A stretch of 56,129 bases of DNA from Candidatus Parcubacteria bacterium (GTDB taxonomy: Bacteria; Patescibacteriota; Patescibacteriia; PEXW01), in NCBI GenBank assembly GCA_003597955.1, contig QZJU01000008.1, forward strand, positions 1-56,129, in the 5' to 3' direction. Below, piece by piece: positions 38,102-47,532 of the stretch (position 1 is the stretch's first letter; each line of letters starts with the position of its first letter). Position numbers and translations under genes: made by a program. Under the pieces are notes generated by a model. That model was not told where the DNA came from and made no database searches. It saw nothing but the letters and a program-made list of their open reading frames with translations.

Positions 38102-38485
38102 ATGGATTCAATTGCAGAAATGTTAACACGGATTAGGAATGCCGGTTTAGCCCGTCAGCGAACCGTCACCATCCCGTATTCAAAAATGCGATTTAACATC
38201 GTCTCGCTTTTGGTTAGTGAAGCGTATTTAGCCGCGGCCTTGCCATCGCCGGACAAAAAAACTTTTACCGTAACCTTGAAGTTCAACCCAGATGGAACCA
38301 GCTTCATTCAGGAGATTGTTAGACAGTCTAAACCCAGCCGCCGACTGTATGTCTCGGTTGGCGCCATTCCCCGAGTGAAAAACGGTTTGGGTTTGGCTAT
38401 CATTTCCACCCCCCAAGGTTTGATGAGCGATAAAGAAGCCAGAAAAAAACACATTGGCGGGGAACTAATTTGCACCGTATCCTAA
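38102..38485 (+). CDS. rpsH: 30S ribosomal protein S8
   Basis: DSIAEMLTRIRNA...GGELICTVS. Confidence 0.95.
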   Translation: MDSIAEMLTRIRNAGLARQRTVTIPYSKMRFNIVSLLVSEAYLAAALPSPDKKTFTVTLKFNPDGTSFIQEIVRQSKPSRRLYVSVGAIPRVKNGLGLAIISTPQGLMSDKEARKKHIGGELICTVS

Positions 38486-38494
38486 AAAACAATT

Positions 38495-39046
38495 ATGTCC
38501 AGAATCGGCAAAAAATCTATAACTTTAGCGGAAGGCGTCACTCTCATTGTCCAGGACAATGAATTTAAATTTAGCGGGCCTAAAGGCAGTTTGGTCCTGA
38601 ATTTGAATCCTCGTATAAAAGTTAAAATTGAAGGCCAAACATTGACTGTAAGCGTGCCGAATCCTAATAACCGTTTTGACCGCTCGCTCTGGGGCTTGGG
38701 TCGGCAGTTGTTGGCAAACGCCGCGATCGGGGTTAAGCAAGGCTTTGAAAAGCGTTTGGAAATCCACGGCGTGGGTTTTAAAGCAAGTCTTCAGGGTTCG
38801 AATTTGCAGCTGAATTTGGGCTTTTCCCATCCCGTAATTTTCACTCCACCAAAAAATATAACCCTGGCTGTTGAGAAAAATGTTATTATTGTGTCGGGTG
38901 TTGATAAGCAGTTAGTTGGGGAAACTGCCGCAGAAATCCGCCGTTTGAAGCCGCCCGAACCATACAAAGGTAAGGGCATTAAATACGCCGAAGAAGTTGT
39001 ACGCCGCAAAGCTGGCAAGGTGGTAAAAGCCGCAGGCGCTAAATAA
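38495..39046 (+). CDS. rplF: 50S ribosomal protein L6
   Basis: MSRIGKKSI...[11 protein letters not shown]. Confidence 0.95.
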   Translation: MSRIGKKSITLAEGVTLIVQDNEFKFSGPKGSLVLNLNPRIKVKIEGQTLTVSVPNPNNRFDRSLWGLGRQLLANAAIGVKQGFEKRLEIHGVGFKASLQGSNLQLNLGFSHPVIFTPPKNITLAVEKNVIIVSGVDKQLVGETAAEIRRLKPPEPYKGKGIKYAEEVVRRKAGKVVKAAGAK

Positions 39047-39050
39047 ACCT

Positions 39051-39422
39051 ATGAGACACATTTCTCGGAAAATTCAACGTCAGCATAGACATCGCCGGAT
39101 CCGCGCAAAAATTTTTGGCACGGTCGAGCGCCCACGGTTGGCGGTTTTTCGTTCGGCCAAACATATTGCCGCCCAAATCATTAATGATCAATCAGGAAAA
39201 ACATTAGTCGCCGCCACTGATAAGCACTTGCCGAAAAACTCAAAATTGCTTAAGGCATACTCTGCCAAAAGCGCCGTGGCTTTTGCTGTGGGCCAGCTGT
39301 TGGCGGAACGCGCAGTGGCCAAGAAAATTTCTAAGGTGGTTTTTGATAACGGTGGTTTCCAGTATTTAGGCCGGGTTAAAGCCCTGGCCGAAGGCGCTCG
39401 CTCCGGAGGTTTGAAGTTTTAA
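39051..39422 (+). CDS. rplR: 50S ribosomal protein L18
   Basis: [34 protein letters not shown]...[16 protein letters not shown]. Confidence 0.95.
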   Translation: MRHISRKIQRQHRHRRIRAKIFGTVERPRLAVFRSAKHIAAQIINDQSGKTLVAATDKHLPKNSKLLKAYSAKSAVAFAVGQLLAERAVAKKISKVVFDNGGFQYLGRVKALAEGARSGGLKF

Positions 39423-39432
39423 TAATTTTTAT

Positions 39433-39933
39433 ATGTCACAAACAAGTCGTTCAATGTCAGGCCGTAAAGGCTTCCGGGAAAGGGAAAAATCTGAATTTGA
39501 TCAGAAAACCATTGATTTGGCCCGCGTCACGAGAGTTGTCGCTGGCGGTAAAAGAATGCGCTTTCGGGCGTGCGTGGTGGTGGGCGACCGCAAAGGCCGA
39601 GTCGGCATGGGTGTTGCAAAAGGCGCGGATGTTCAGAGCGCCGTAGAAAAAGCAGTCGCAGCCGCCAAACGGCATTTGATTAGCGTGGTTTTATACAAGA
39701 CTACTATCCCGCACCCGCTAAACGTTAAATTTAAAGCCGCCAGAATAATTTTAAAACCGGCACCGCCAGGCTCAGGCGTCATCGCTGGCGGCGCGGCCCG
39801 GGCGGTTTTAAGCTTGGCCGGAATTCGAGATGTAATCAGCAAAATGCTGGGCTCAAAGAATAAAATTAACAATGTTCGAGCCGTGATTTTGGCTTTGAGC
39901 AAATTGCGGCCGCGTACCGAGCCGAAAAAGTAA
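39433..39933 (+). CDS. rpsE: 30S ribosomal protein S5
   Basis: ...VTRVVAGGKRMRFRACVVVGDRKGRVGMGVAKG. Confidence 0.95.
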   Translation: MSQTSRSMSGRKGFREREKSEFDQKTIDLARVTRVVAGGKRMRFRACVVVGDRKGRVGMGVAKGADVQSAVEKAVAAAKRHLISVVLYKTTIPHPLNVKFKAARIILKPAPPGSGVIAGGAARAVLSLAGIRDVISKMLGSKNKINNVRAVILALSKLRPRTEPKK

Positions 39934-39948
39934 GCTTTTTAAGAATGT

Positions 39949-40443
39949 ATGGTTATAAACCTTTCTAATTTATCGCCAAAAACCGGCAGTCGCCGGAAGA
40001 AAATTCGGGTCGGTCGGGGCAATGCCTCGGGTCACGGCACTTTTTCCGGCCGCGGCATTAAAGGCCAGCGCGCTCGCAGCGGTGGCCGAAAGCGCTTAGC
40101 TCGCCGGGGCCTAAAGCAAATGCTTTTGCAATTACCTAAAGCTCGTGGTTTTCAAAGCTTGGATTTTAAGTTTAAGGCTCTTAATTTGGAAGAGTTGAAC
40201 AAGTATTTCCAGGCGGGTGAAAAAGTGGATTTGGCCGCTTTACAAAAAGTAAAATTAATAAAAACTAATGATTTTGTGAAAATTCTTGGTCAAGGCGAAT
40301 TAAAAAAACCGCTGCAAGTGTGGGCTCACGCCTTTTCTAAAAGCGCGGAAGCGGCTATTACCAAAGCTGGCGGCGCTGCAAATCGGATTGCTTTTCCTGC
40401 TCAGCCCAAACCCAAAAGACAAGCGGACAAACTAAAAGCTTAA
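39949..40443 (+). CDS. rplO: 50S ribosomal protein L15 (follows S5 directly; no L30 gene)
   Basis: ...RVGRGNASGHGTFSGRGIKGQRARSGG. Confidence 0.93.
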   Translation: MVINLSNLSPKTGSRRKKIRVGRGNASGHGTFSGRGIKGQRARSGGRKRLARRGLKQMLLQLPKARGFQSLDFKFKALNLEELNKYFQAGEKVDLAALQKVKLIKTNDFVKILGQGELKKPLQVWAHAFSKSAEAAITKAGGAANRIAFPAQPKPKRQADKLKA

Positions 40444-40454
40444 ATAGAGCGTTT

Positions 40455-41738
40455 ATGTTTGAAAGAATAAGCCAACTCTGGCGCGCCAAAGATTTACGAA
40501 AAACCCTGTTGTTCGTGCTTTTAATGTTGCTGATTTTTAGAATCATGGCGCACATTCCAGTGCCCGGAATTGATCCAACAGGCTTAAAGCAGGTTTTGCA
40601 GGGCAATCCTTTGCTCGGACTTTTAAATCTTTTTTCCGGCGGCGGTTTGCAGAATTTTTCAATTGTTATGTTGGGAGTGGGACCTTACATCACCGCTTCG
40701 ATTATAATGCAGTTGTTGACAATGATAGTGCCGAAATTGGAAGCCATGCAAAAAGAAGGAGAACAGGGTCAGCATCGCATAAATCAATACACCCGCTATT
40801 TAACCGTGCCCATGACGGTTTTAAACGCCTTTGGTACCCTGACTTTTTTAAAACAGCAGGGCGCGGGCAACATTCTGGGCAACTTAAGTCCATTCCAGTT
40901 AGTCACCGCAATGTTGAGCATTTTGGGCGGTACTATGCTTTTAATGTGGATTGGGGAATTGATTAACGAGAAAAAAGTTGGAAACGGCATTTCCTTGTTG
41001 ATTTTCGCAGGTATTGTGGCCCAACTGCCTCAATCGGTCCAGCAGACCCTGAGCGTTGTTGATGCTACGCAGATTTTCACAATCGCCGCTTTTTTGGTGA
41101 TTGGCATCGTTACCATTGCGGGCGTGGTCTTTGTGACCGAAGGCCAGCGAAATATCCCCGTGACTTACGCCAAGCGGATTATGGGACAGCAATCTGCCGG
41201 CAGTGTCAATACTCATTTACCTTTGCGGGTCAATCAAGCTGGGGTAATTCCGATCATCTTCGCTGTCTCCATAATTTTAGTGCCGCCATTAATCGCCCAG
41301 TTTTTCACCAACAGCAATATCGCCTGGGTGGCTAACCTGGCGACATGGATAAACACCACCTTCCAAAATCAAACCTTTTATGGCGTGGCCTATTTTGTCC
41401 TGGTCGTGGCCTTCACTTATTTTTACACAGCCGTGGTGTTCCAGCCGAATAACATAGCGGAGAATTTACAGAAGCAGGGCGGCTTTATTCCCGGCATTCG
41501 GCCCGGTCCACCCACGGCGCAATACTTGAGTTTCGTTTCCAACCGCATAATTCTGGGCGGGGCGTTATTCTTGGGCGTCATTGCCGTTTTGCCGACCGTT
41601 ATGCAATCCGCCACCAACATTCAATCTTTGGCAATTGGCGGCACCAGTTTACTGATCGTTGTCAGTGTGGTCTTGGAAAGCGTTAAACAGATCCAAGCCC
41701 AGTTGGTTATGCGGGATTACGAAGCTTTTTACAAATAG
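40455..41738 (+). CDS. secY: Preprotein translocase subunit SecY
   Basis: 10-TM protein. LFSGGGLQNFSIVMLGVGPYITASIIMQLL and GGFIPGIRPG motifs. Confidence 0.96.
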   Translation: MFERISQLWRAKDLRKTLLFVLLMLLIFRIMAHIPVPGIDPTGLKQVLQGNPLLGLLNLFSGGGLQNFSIVMLGVGPYITASIIMQLLTMIVPKLEAMQKEGEQGQHRINQYTRYLTVPMTVLNAFGTLTFLKQQGAGNILGNLSPFQLVTAMLSILGGTMLLMWIGELINEKKVGNGISLLIFAGIVAQLPQSVQQTLSVVDATQIFTIAAFLVIGIVTIAGVVFVTEGQRNIPVTYAKRIMGQQSAGSVNTHLPLRVNQAGVIPIIFAVSIILVPPLIAQFFTNSNIAWVANLATWINTTFQNQTFYGVAYFVLVVAFTYFYTAVVFQPNNIAENLQKQGGFIPGIRPGPPTAQYLSFVSNRIILGGALFLGVIAVLPTVMQSATNIQSLAIGGTSLLIVVSVVLESVKQIQAQLVMRDYEAFYK

Positions 41739-41824
41739 GCAATTTTCGCAAAAACTTTTTTGTTAGTAGAGCTTCATTTGGTTAATTTGCACCGGTGGGG
41801 TATAGTTAGAAGGTCTTTTCGAAA

Positions 41825-42505
41825 ATGATTACCTCCCATCCCCGACCTCTAAATTTAATTTTGCTTGGCCCGCCCGGGTCTGGCAAAGGCACGCAAGCGC
41901 AAATGTTGGCTGAGCGTTTTTTTCTTTATCACCTGTCAGGGGGTGATTTGTTCCGCAAGGTCATCGCCCAAGGAGACAGCAAGGATCCATTGGTGGCGGA
42001 AATAAAAGCACGTTATGATCAAGGCATTCCTCAGCCTGACCATATAGCTTTGGAATTGATTGAAAAGGAAATTAGCCGCTTGCACCATAAAACTGGCTTT
42101 GTTTTTGATATGTTTCCCTCTTCTTTGCCTCAAGCCATTGCCCTAGAAAGAATCGTCAAAGTTTATGACCTGCGGGACCCAATGGCTATTTTGATCCAAG
42201 TTTCGGAAGAAGAGACCCTAGTCCGATTGACCAAAAGAAAGTATTGCCAATTTGATGAGCGAGTTTACCACCCACAGGACATAAGTTACAAAAAAGGTCG
42301 GTGCGAGACCTGCGGTCAAGTTCTGATTACTCGTTCGGATGACCAGCCAGATGTCGTTAGAAAACGATACGGTACTTACGTGCAAATTATCAAAGTCCTT
42401 TCCGAGTTTTATAAAAGCCAAGGCCGGCTTCTGGAAATTAACGGTGAACAGTCTATAGTCGATGTTTTTAGAGATATTTTGCGCGCTCTCGCTCCTCACC
42501 TATGA
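41825..42505 (+). CDS. adk: Adenylate kinase (zinc-lid type)
   Basis: P-loop GPPGSGKGTQA. Lid CQFD...CETCG. Confidence 0.92.
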   Translation: MITSHPRPLNLILLGPPGSGKGTQAQMLAERFFLYHLSGGDLFRKVIAQGDSKDPLVAEIKARYDQGIPQPDHIALELIEKEISRLHHKTGFVFDMFPSSLPQAIALERIVKVYDLRDPMAILIQVSEEETLVRLTKRKYCQFDERVYHPQDISYKKGRCETCGQVLITRSDDQPDVVRKRYGTYVQIIKVLSEFYKSQGRLLEINGEQSIVDVFRDILRALAPHL

Positions 42506-43248
42506 CAATACTGAAAAATTCGGATGAAATCGAAAACCTAAAAGCCGGCGGTAGGATTTTGGCCGGTGTTTTGGCTGAACTCAAGAAATCAGTCAGGCCA
42601 GGTGTAAAAGCTAAAACGCTGGATGCCTTGGCGGAAAAGCTGATCATAAAAGCTAAAGCCACTCCGGCATTTAAGGGCTACCAGGGCTTTCCAGCTAGCT
42701 TATGCGTTTCCGTAAATTCGGAAGTGGTACACGGCCTGCCTGGCAATAAGGTATTCAAAAGCGGCGATTTAGTGGGGTTGGATTGCGGCGTTAAATATAG
42801 AGGTTTGTTTACAGACGCGGCCATAACTATGGGCGTTGGGCAACTTTCGCCAAAAGCCAAGAAATTGACTTCCGTGGCTAGGGAGGCATTTTTTCAAGCC
42901 GCCAAAATCATCAAACCAGGTGTTACGACCGGCGACATCGGTAATGCCATCCAGGTTTTTGTGGAAGCCAATGGTTATAATGTTGTGCGCGCCCTGGTCG
43001 GCCATGGCGTGGGCCGGCAGGTCCATGAGGAGCCGAAATTGCCGAATTACGGTACTCCGGGCACGGGCATGAAATTGCCGGTCGGCGTTGTTTTGGCCAT
43101 TGAGCCAATGGTGGTGGAAGGTCACTATCAGGTCGTGACCGCCAAAGACAATTGGACCGTGATCACAGCCGACAGCGGCTTGGCCGCACATTATGAACAC
43201 ACAGTTTTGGTCACAGAGAACGGCTGCGAAATCATTACGAAATTATGA
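42502..43248 (+). CDS. map: Type I methionine aminopeptidase
   Basis: VVHGLPG, GDLVGLDCG, metal ligands in HGVGRQVHEEP and LAIEPMV, EHTVLVTE. Confidence 0.95.
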   Translation: MTILKNSDEIENLKAGGRILAGVLAELKKSVRPGVKAKTLDALAEKLIIKAKATPAFKGYQGFPASLCVSVNSEVVHGLPGNKVFKSGDLVGLDCGVKYRGLFTDAAITMGVGQLSPKAKKLTSVAREAFFQAAKIIKPGVTTGDIGNAIQVFVEANGYNVVRALVGHGVGRQVHEEPKLPNYGTPGTGMKLPVGVVLAIEPMVVEGHYQVVTAKDNWTVITADSGLAAHYEHTVLVTENGCEIITKL

Positions 43249-43643
43249 AACTATTGGCTATAGATTGGGGCGAAAAAAGATTGGGTTTGGCAATAAGCCA
43301 AGATGAAAAATGGGCTTTCCCTTGGAAAGTTTTGGAAATTACTGGTTTGACTAAGGCTATTGAAGCAATTTCAGAAATAATCGAAGCGGAAAAAATCGAA
43401 ACTTTAGTGATCGGGTTGCCAATCGGCCTAAATGGCAAAGACACCGAACAAACAAGTCGAATTAGAGAAATTGTGGCCGACCTGCGAAATGTTTTGGAGG
43501 TACCTGTGGAAACCGTTGACGAACGACTGACCAGCGAAGCTGCGGAGAAGCTTAATCTAGAATCGGGTAAAACAAAAGGGCCGACTGATGCGGTTGCAGC
43601 CGCGCAAATTCTGGAAACTTTTTTACAGCAGAAAAATTCATGA
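43245..43643 (+). CDS. ruvX: YqgF/RuvX-like putative pre-16S rRNA nuclease / Holliday junction resolvase
   Basis: LAIDWGEKRLGLAIS...GLPIGLNGKDTEQ...VDERLTS. Confidence 0.85.
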   Translation: MKLLAIDWGEKRLGLAISQDEKWAFPWKVLEITGLTKAIEAISEIIEAEKIETLVIGLPIGLNGKDTEQTSRIREIVADLRNVLEVPVETVDERLTSEAAEKLNLESGKTKGPTDAVAAAQILETFLQQKNS

Positions 43644-44734
43644 ATTATTTGTTTTTCGGTTTGCTGGCCTGTGTTTTTTCGCTTTTGCTAACGCCCGTGA
43701 TTCGGCGGTACAGCTTGCGTAAGAACATCGTCGACCTGCCGGCCGTGGCGCCCAAGCGCAAAATACATGACCAGCCAATGCCGCTTTTAGGCGGCTGGGC
43801 GATCTTTTTGAGCTTTTGCCTGTCAGCTTGGCTAATGGCAATCTTCAATCCAGATTTTTTTGCCGGCTTTTTTATGACCAAATATTTGGTCGGCATAACT
43901 TTTGCTGGTTTGGTCTTGATGATCGGCGGGTATTTGGACGACAGATACCATTTAAAACCGAGCCGCCAGATCTGCTTCCCGATTTCGGCCGCTGTCATCG
44001 TCGTTGCCGCCGGCATCGGCATTTCGTACATCACCAACCCTTTTGGCGGCACGATTGTTCTGGATCAGTGGGCTCTGACGCTTTTTTCCTTGAACGGTTT
44101 GCCTTATAAACTGGTCCTCTTCGCCGATATCTTCACTTTAGTTTGGCTTTTAGCCACGACTTATACGACGAAAATTTTAGACGGTTTGGATGGTCTGGTG
44201 TCTGGCATAACGGTAATTGGCGGAAGCATTATTTGCATCTTAAGTTTGACCAAAGAGGTAGCTCAACCTGAAACTGCGGTTTTGGCGGCGATTTTGGCTG
44301 GAGCAGCCCTGGGTTTTTTGGTTTGGAACTGGCACCCGGCCAAGATTTTTTTGGGCGAAGGCGGTTCAACCTGGACCGGCTTTATGCTGGGGACTTTAGC
44401 CATCATCGCGGGCGGGAAAATCGCCACCGCGCTTCTAATTTTGGGCATCCCGGCCTTGGATATACTCTGGGCGATTGGCCGCCGGGTATTTGCCAGAAAA
44501 TCCGCCTTTGTCTCTGACCGCGGGCATTTGCATTTTCGCTTACTAGACGCGGGATTTTCACATCGCCAAGCTGTTTTGCTTTTGTACACGCTCACGGCGG
44601 TTTTCGGGAGTGTGACTTTGGTGACGCGCGGCTCGCAAAAACTATACGCCCTGCTGGTTTTGGCCTTAGTCATGATTTTGCTGACCCTGGCCGTGATCTT
44701 GGTTTATCGGAAAAAAATAAAGACCCATTCGTGA
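43640..44734 (+). CDS. Glycosyltransferase family 4 polyprenyl-phosphate sugar-1-phosphate transferase (WecA/MraY-like)
   Basis: About 10-11 TM helices. GGYLDDRYHLKP, KILDGLDGL, FLGEGGSTWTGFMLG motifs. Confidence 0.8.
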   Translation: MNYLFFGLLACVFSLLLTPVIRRYSLRKNIVDLPAVAPKRKIHDQPMPLLGGWAIFLSFCLSAWLMAIFNPDFFAGFFMTKYLVGITFAGLVLMIGGYLDDRYHLKPSRQICFPISAAVIVVAAGIGISYITNPFGGTIVLDQWALTLFSLNGLPYKLVLFADIFTLVWLLATTYTTKILDGLDGLVSGITVIGGSIICILSLTKEVAQPETAVLAAILAGAALGFLVWNWHPAKIFLGEGGSTWTGFMLGTLAIIAGGKIATALLILGIPALDILWAIGRRVFARKSAFVSDRGHLHFRLLDAGFSHRQAVLLLYTLTAVFGSVTLVTRGSQKLYALLVLALVMILLTLAVILVYRKKIKTHS

Positions 44735-44771
44735 AAATGGGTCTGAAGAAGAATTTTTGGTTTTAAAATTA

Positions 44772-45203
44772 TTAGTTAAACACCCGCTGCAAGATGAAAG
44801 TTTTCATGATGTTTGGTTTTTGCTTTTCGAATTCCTTTCGAATTTTTTCGCCCCGGGCAATCGCGTTTTGGACATCTTTGAGACTTATGACTGCGGGGCC
44901 GATAAGGTCACCTGGGTATTTAAGGTCATCGAAGGCTTCAATAATTTCTTTCCAGGTAGAGTACCAATTTTCTTCTTGGTTGCTTTTGCCAAACATGGCA
45001 GTCTGGAAGGTAATTGCGTTCACCAGACAGGCCCGCGCTTTATCCTGGCAGCATTCCAAAGTCAGGATTTTTGTCAGGCTGTCTACAATCCCCACCTTGT
45101 CTACGAATGAGGACATTAATTTGGTTTGCAAATCATCCAAAAGAGCCAAGGCTTCGTCATTGAAAATTTCCTCGGCGGTCCGCGGCGTGCTTCCCTTTGG
45201 CAT
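44772..45203 (-). CDS. Hypothetical protein
   Basis: 143-aa ORF with a good RBS (GGAAAGGGAG about 8 nt before the ATG) and protein-like composition. The two overlapping + strand ORFs look spurious (Phe/Ser-rich). Confidence 0.55.
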   Translation of the reverse strand: MPKGSTPRTAEEIFNDEALALLDDLQTKLMSSFVDKVGIVDSLTKILTLECCQDKARACLVNAITFQTAMFGKSNQEENWYSTWKEIIEAFDDLKYPGDLIGPAVISLKDVQNAIARGEKIRKEFEKQKPNIMKTFILQRVFN

Positions 45204-45305
45204 TTAATGGCTCCCTTTCCTTTTTGGTGTTTAGTTGCGGTTTTTGATTTGACAGTCTATTGTAGTATCAAGACCGTAAAAAGTCAAACCCCTTAATAAA
45301 AATCT

Positions 45306-45800
45306 ATGCAAAAAAGCTTAATAATTTTTATTTCCGTCGGACTGTTATTAATCGGCTTGGCTTGGTCAGCGGGCGGCCATGAGATTTCCAATTACCTGCC
45401 ATACTATTACCAACGGGTTTTGGGAAAATCCGCAAAGGTGGAAATCAGGAACCAGGTGACCAAAGTGGAAGTCGCCCGGTCTGACTCGGCCAAAGCCAAA
45501 GGCTTGAGCCGCAGAAAAAAATTACCTTATGACAAAGGTATGCTTTTTTTGTTTGATGAACCCGGATATTACGAATTTTGGATGAAAGATATGTTTATTC
45601 CGCTGGATATCGTTTGGATTTCCGGAGATAAAATCGTTGAAATCACCCGGAGCGTCTTGCCGCCTGTCAAAGACGCTGAACCGGCAAAGGTGAAGCCCAG
45701 CCGGCAGGCGGACAAGGTCTTGGAGGTTTACGCGGGCACGGCCAGCCAATGGCAAGTCGGCGATTTCGCCAGAATCAATTTTGATGCCTGGGTGAAGTAA
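45306..45800 (+). CDS. DUF192-domain protein with signal anchor
   Basis: GMLFLFDEPGYYEFWMKDMFIPLDIVWI resembles the DUF192 core. N-terminal TM/signal. Confidence 0.7.
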   Translation: MQKSLIIFISVGLLLIGLAWSAGGHEISNYLPYYYQRVLGKSAKVEIRNQVTKVEVARSDSAKAKGLSRRKKLPYDKGMLFLFDEPGYYEFWMKDMFIPLDIVWISGDKIVEITRSVLPPVKDAEPAKVKPSRQADKVLEVYAGTASQWQVGDFARINFDAWVK

Positions 45801-45801
45801 A

Positions 45802-45906
45802 CCCCGCACCACTTTCCAAATTAAACCTTAGGTTTAGTGTAAGGTTATTTGCCTAATAAATATTTTAGTACTAAATGTTGGCGTTTTGCTGGAAAGTGGT
45901 GCGGGG
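45802..45906 (+). repeat. Hairpin module copy 9 (non-pilin context, unrelated 71-nt loop)
   Basis: Arms CCCCGCACCACTTTCCA / TGGAAAGTGGTGCGGGG, 17/17 complementary. The left arm starts 2 nt after the DUF192 stop. Confidence 0.85.
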
Positions 45907-45935
45907 TTGACTGGCTTTCAGATTTTTGGTAAATT
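45907..45935 (+). promoter_or_regulatory. Candidate promoter of rplU
   Basis: TTGACT (45907-45912), immediately after the right arm, 17-nt spacer, TAAATT (45930-45935). Confidence 0.5.
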
Positions 45936-45968
45936 TAGCCTACTAAATTTTTTAGGAATTATATTTGT

Positions 45969-46280
45969 ATGTCAAAAATCGCAGTTATTAAGACCGGGGG
46001 CAAACAGTACCTGGTGAAGACCGGCCAAGTTTTAAGAGTGGAAAAATTGCCGGGCGAGCCAAAAGCTAAAATTATTTTTGATGAAGTATTGATGACCGCC
46101 GACGGTACCGAAGCAAAAGTCGGCCAACCTTTGGTGGCCGGCGTTAAGGTCGAAGCCGAAATATTAAAACAGGGACTTGGCAAGAAGCTCTATGTGGAAA
46201 CTTACCGGGCCAAGACTCGCAAGCACCGCAAAATCGGCCACCGGCAGATGTTTACTGAAGTAAAGATAATAAAAGTATAA
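45969..46280 (+). CDS. rplU: 50S ribosomal protein L21
   Basis: KIAVIKTGGKQYLVKTGQVLRVEKL...RKHRKIGHRQ. Confidence 0.95.
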   Translation: MSKIAVIKTGGKQYLVKTGQVLRVEKLPGEPKAKIIFDEVLMTADGTEAKVGQPLVAGVKVEAEILKQGLGKKLYVETYRAKTRKHRKIGHRQMFTEVKIIKV

Positions 46281-46457
46281 TTTTTTAAGATTGCTTAAAA
46301 TAACCCAACCAAGTTAGTTTTGGTTGATGGTTTTAGTATTAGAAAGTGGTATTGTTTAGGGTTGCGGTCAGGAGAAGCAGCAACTAAAAAAATTTACGAT
46401 AACAACGTTCTGCCCGCTATTGCTTCGGTGTGGCGATCGAGGAGCTTATATCCAGAA

Positions 46458-47522
46458 TTAAACCCGATTTTTATTATTCATCATCGTCCAGTAAGCGTCA
46501 ATTTCTTCGGACGAGAGGAATTTCCGCATGGCTTGCTGGAAAAGCGTCCATTTGGTGCCGGGTCGCCAAGCCCTATCCGGTCCGCCTGGGGTTTTTTTGG
46601 CTTGCCAACGGTTGTGGAAAAATCGAAAATCCCGTCCGTCCATCTTGACCAGGGCTTTAATCGCGTTAGCCGGTAAGTCTCCGGACCGGGCTTTGACTTT
46701 TTGCAGCTGGGTGCTTTTTTTCCAGATATTTTCCGGCGCCAGATTGGTGGTGAACTGGACATCAATTTGTTTTTTGGCCGAAGGGTCTTCCTGGACTTCT
46801 AAGCCCTGCAAATGATGGACATTGGCGATGATAAAGTCGATTTTGTCCTGGACATCCTGCTTGACATCAGCGTCGTAAACCTTGAAAAAGTCGTGATTGA
46901 TGGAGATTTTTTTGAAGAAATTTTTTACCGCCCGTTCAATTTGCAAGCCAAAGTGTTCTTGGCCGGTTTCCAAGTCATTCAGGATCCTTTGGTAAGTTTC
47001 CCTAGTTAGCTTGTCCAATTTGGGGTTTTCCGTTTCCTGTAGCAAAAGCGCCTGGTTGTATGCCTGCTGCATTTCCCTTTTGGCCTCCGCTTGGAGATAG
47101 GCTGATTTAACTTCTTTGGAAACCCGCTTGTCAAAATAATATTTCAGGCCCCATTCGCCGTCCGTCAGCAAGTCGCCTAAAGTAAGTTCCTGCCTTTTGC
47201 CTTGCTCGTCAACATAAAAAAGCTGGTTCCCGCTTTGTTCAATTTTCCAAGAGTTCGCCGCGTTTTCCGGCTTAGTTTCCAAGTTTTCCAAATGCTCGCC
47301 TTGAAATTCGGTTTTTTCAAAATCCGTTTTGATTTTGGCCGCCAGGGCTTCCATCTTGGTTTGGGTTTCTGGCGTTAAGTCGAAATCGAGTTTAGGCAAA
47401 GCAAAATCCGTCAAAGCTAAAACTTCCGGCTTTTCTGCCGTTTCGTCCTTATGTACTTCTGTCCGTTCCCCAGTTTCCGGTGCGTCAGGCTGGAACGGGC
47501 GGGTTTCAATCTCCCCAATCAT
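46458..47522 (-). CDS. Hypothetical protein (acidic N-terminal half, basic C-terminus)
   Basis: 354-aa ORF with no motif I can name confidently. DKIDFIIANV...QIDVQFTT is only loosely nuclease-like. Confidence 0.5.
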   Translation of the reverse strand: MIGEIETRPFQPDAPETGERTEVHKDETAEKPEVLALTDFALPKLDFDLTPETQTKMEALAAKIKTDFEKTEFQGEHLENLETKPENAANSWKIEQSGNQLFYVDEQGKRQELTLGDLLTDGEWGLKYYFDKRVSKEVKSAYLQAEAKREMQQAYNQALLLQETENPKLDKLTRETYQRILNDLETGQEHFGLQIERAVKNFFKKISINHDFFKVYDADVKQDVQDKIDFIIANVHHLQGLEVQEDPSAKKQIDVQFTTNLAPENIWKKSTQLQKVKARSGDLPANAIKALVKMDGRDFRFFHNRWQAKKTPGGPDRAWRPGTKWTLFQQAMRKFLSSEEIDAYWTMMNNKNRV

Positions 47523-47532
47523 AAGCGCAGGG

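Noticed and set aside
44757-45207. Two + strand ORFs (117 and 137 aa) opposite ORF 44772-45203
   Set aside because: The minus-strand ORF has a clear RBS and balanced composition. The plus-strand translations are Phe/Ser/Leu-rich, as expected for antisense reading.
46320-46676. 118-aa + strand ORF after rplU
   Set aside because: It overlaps the 3' end of the longer minus-strand ORF 46458-47522 and has no RBS. Judged spurious, though neither ORF has a recognisable family.
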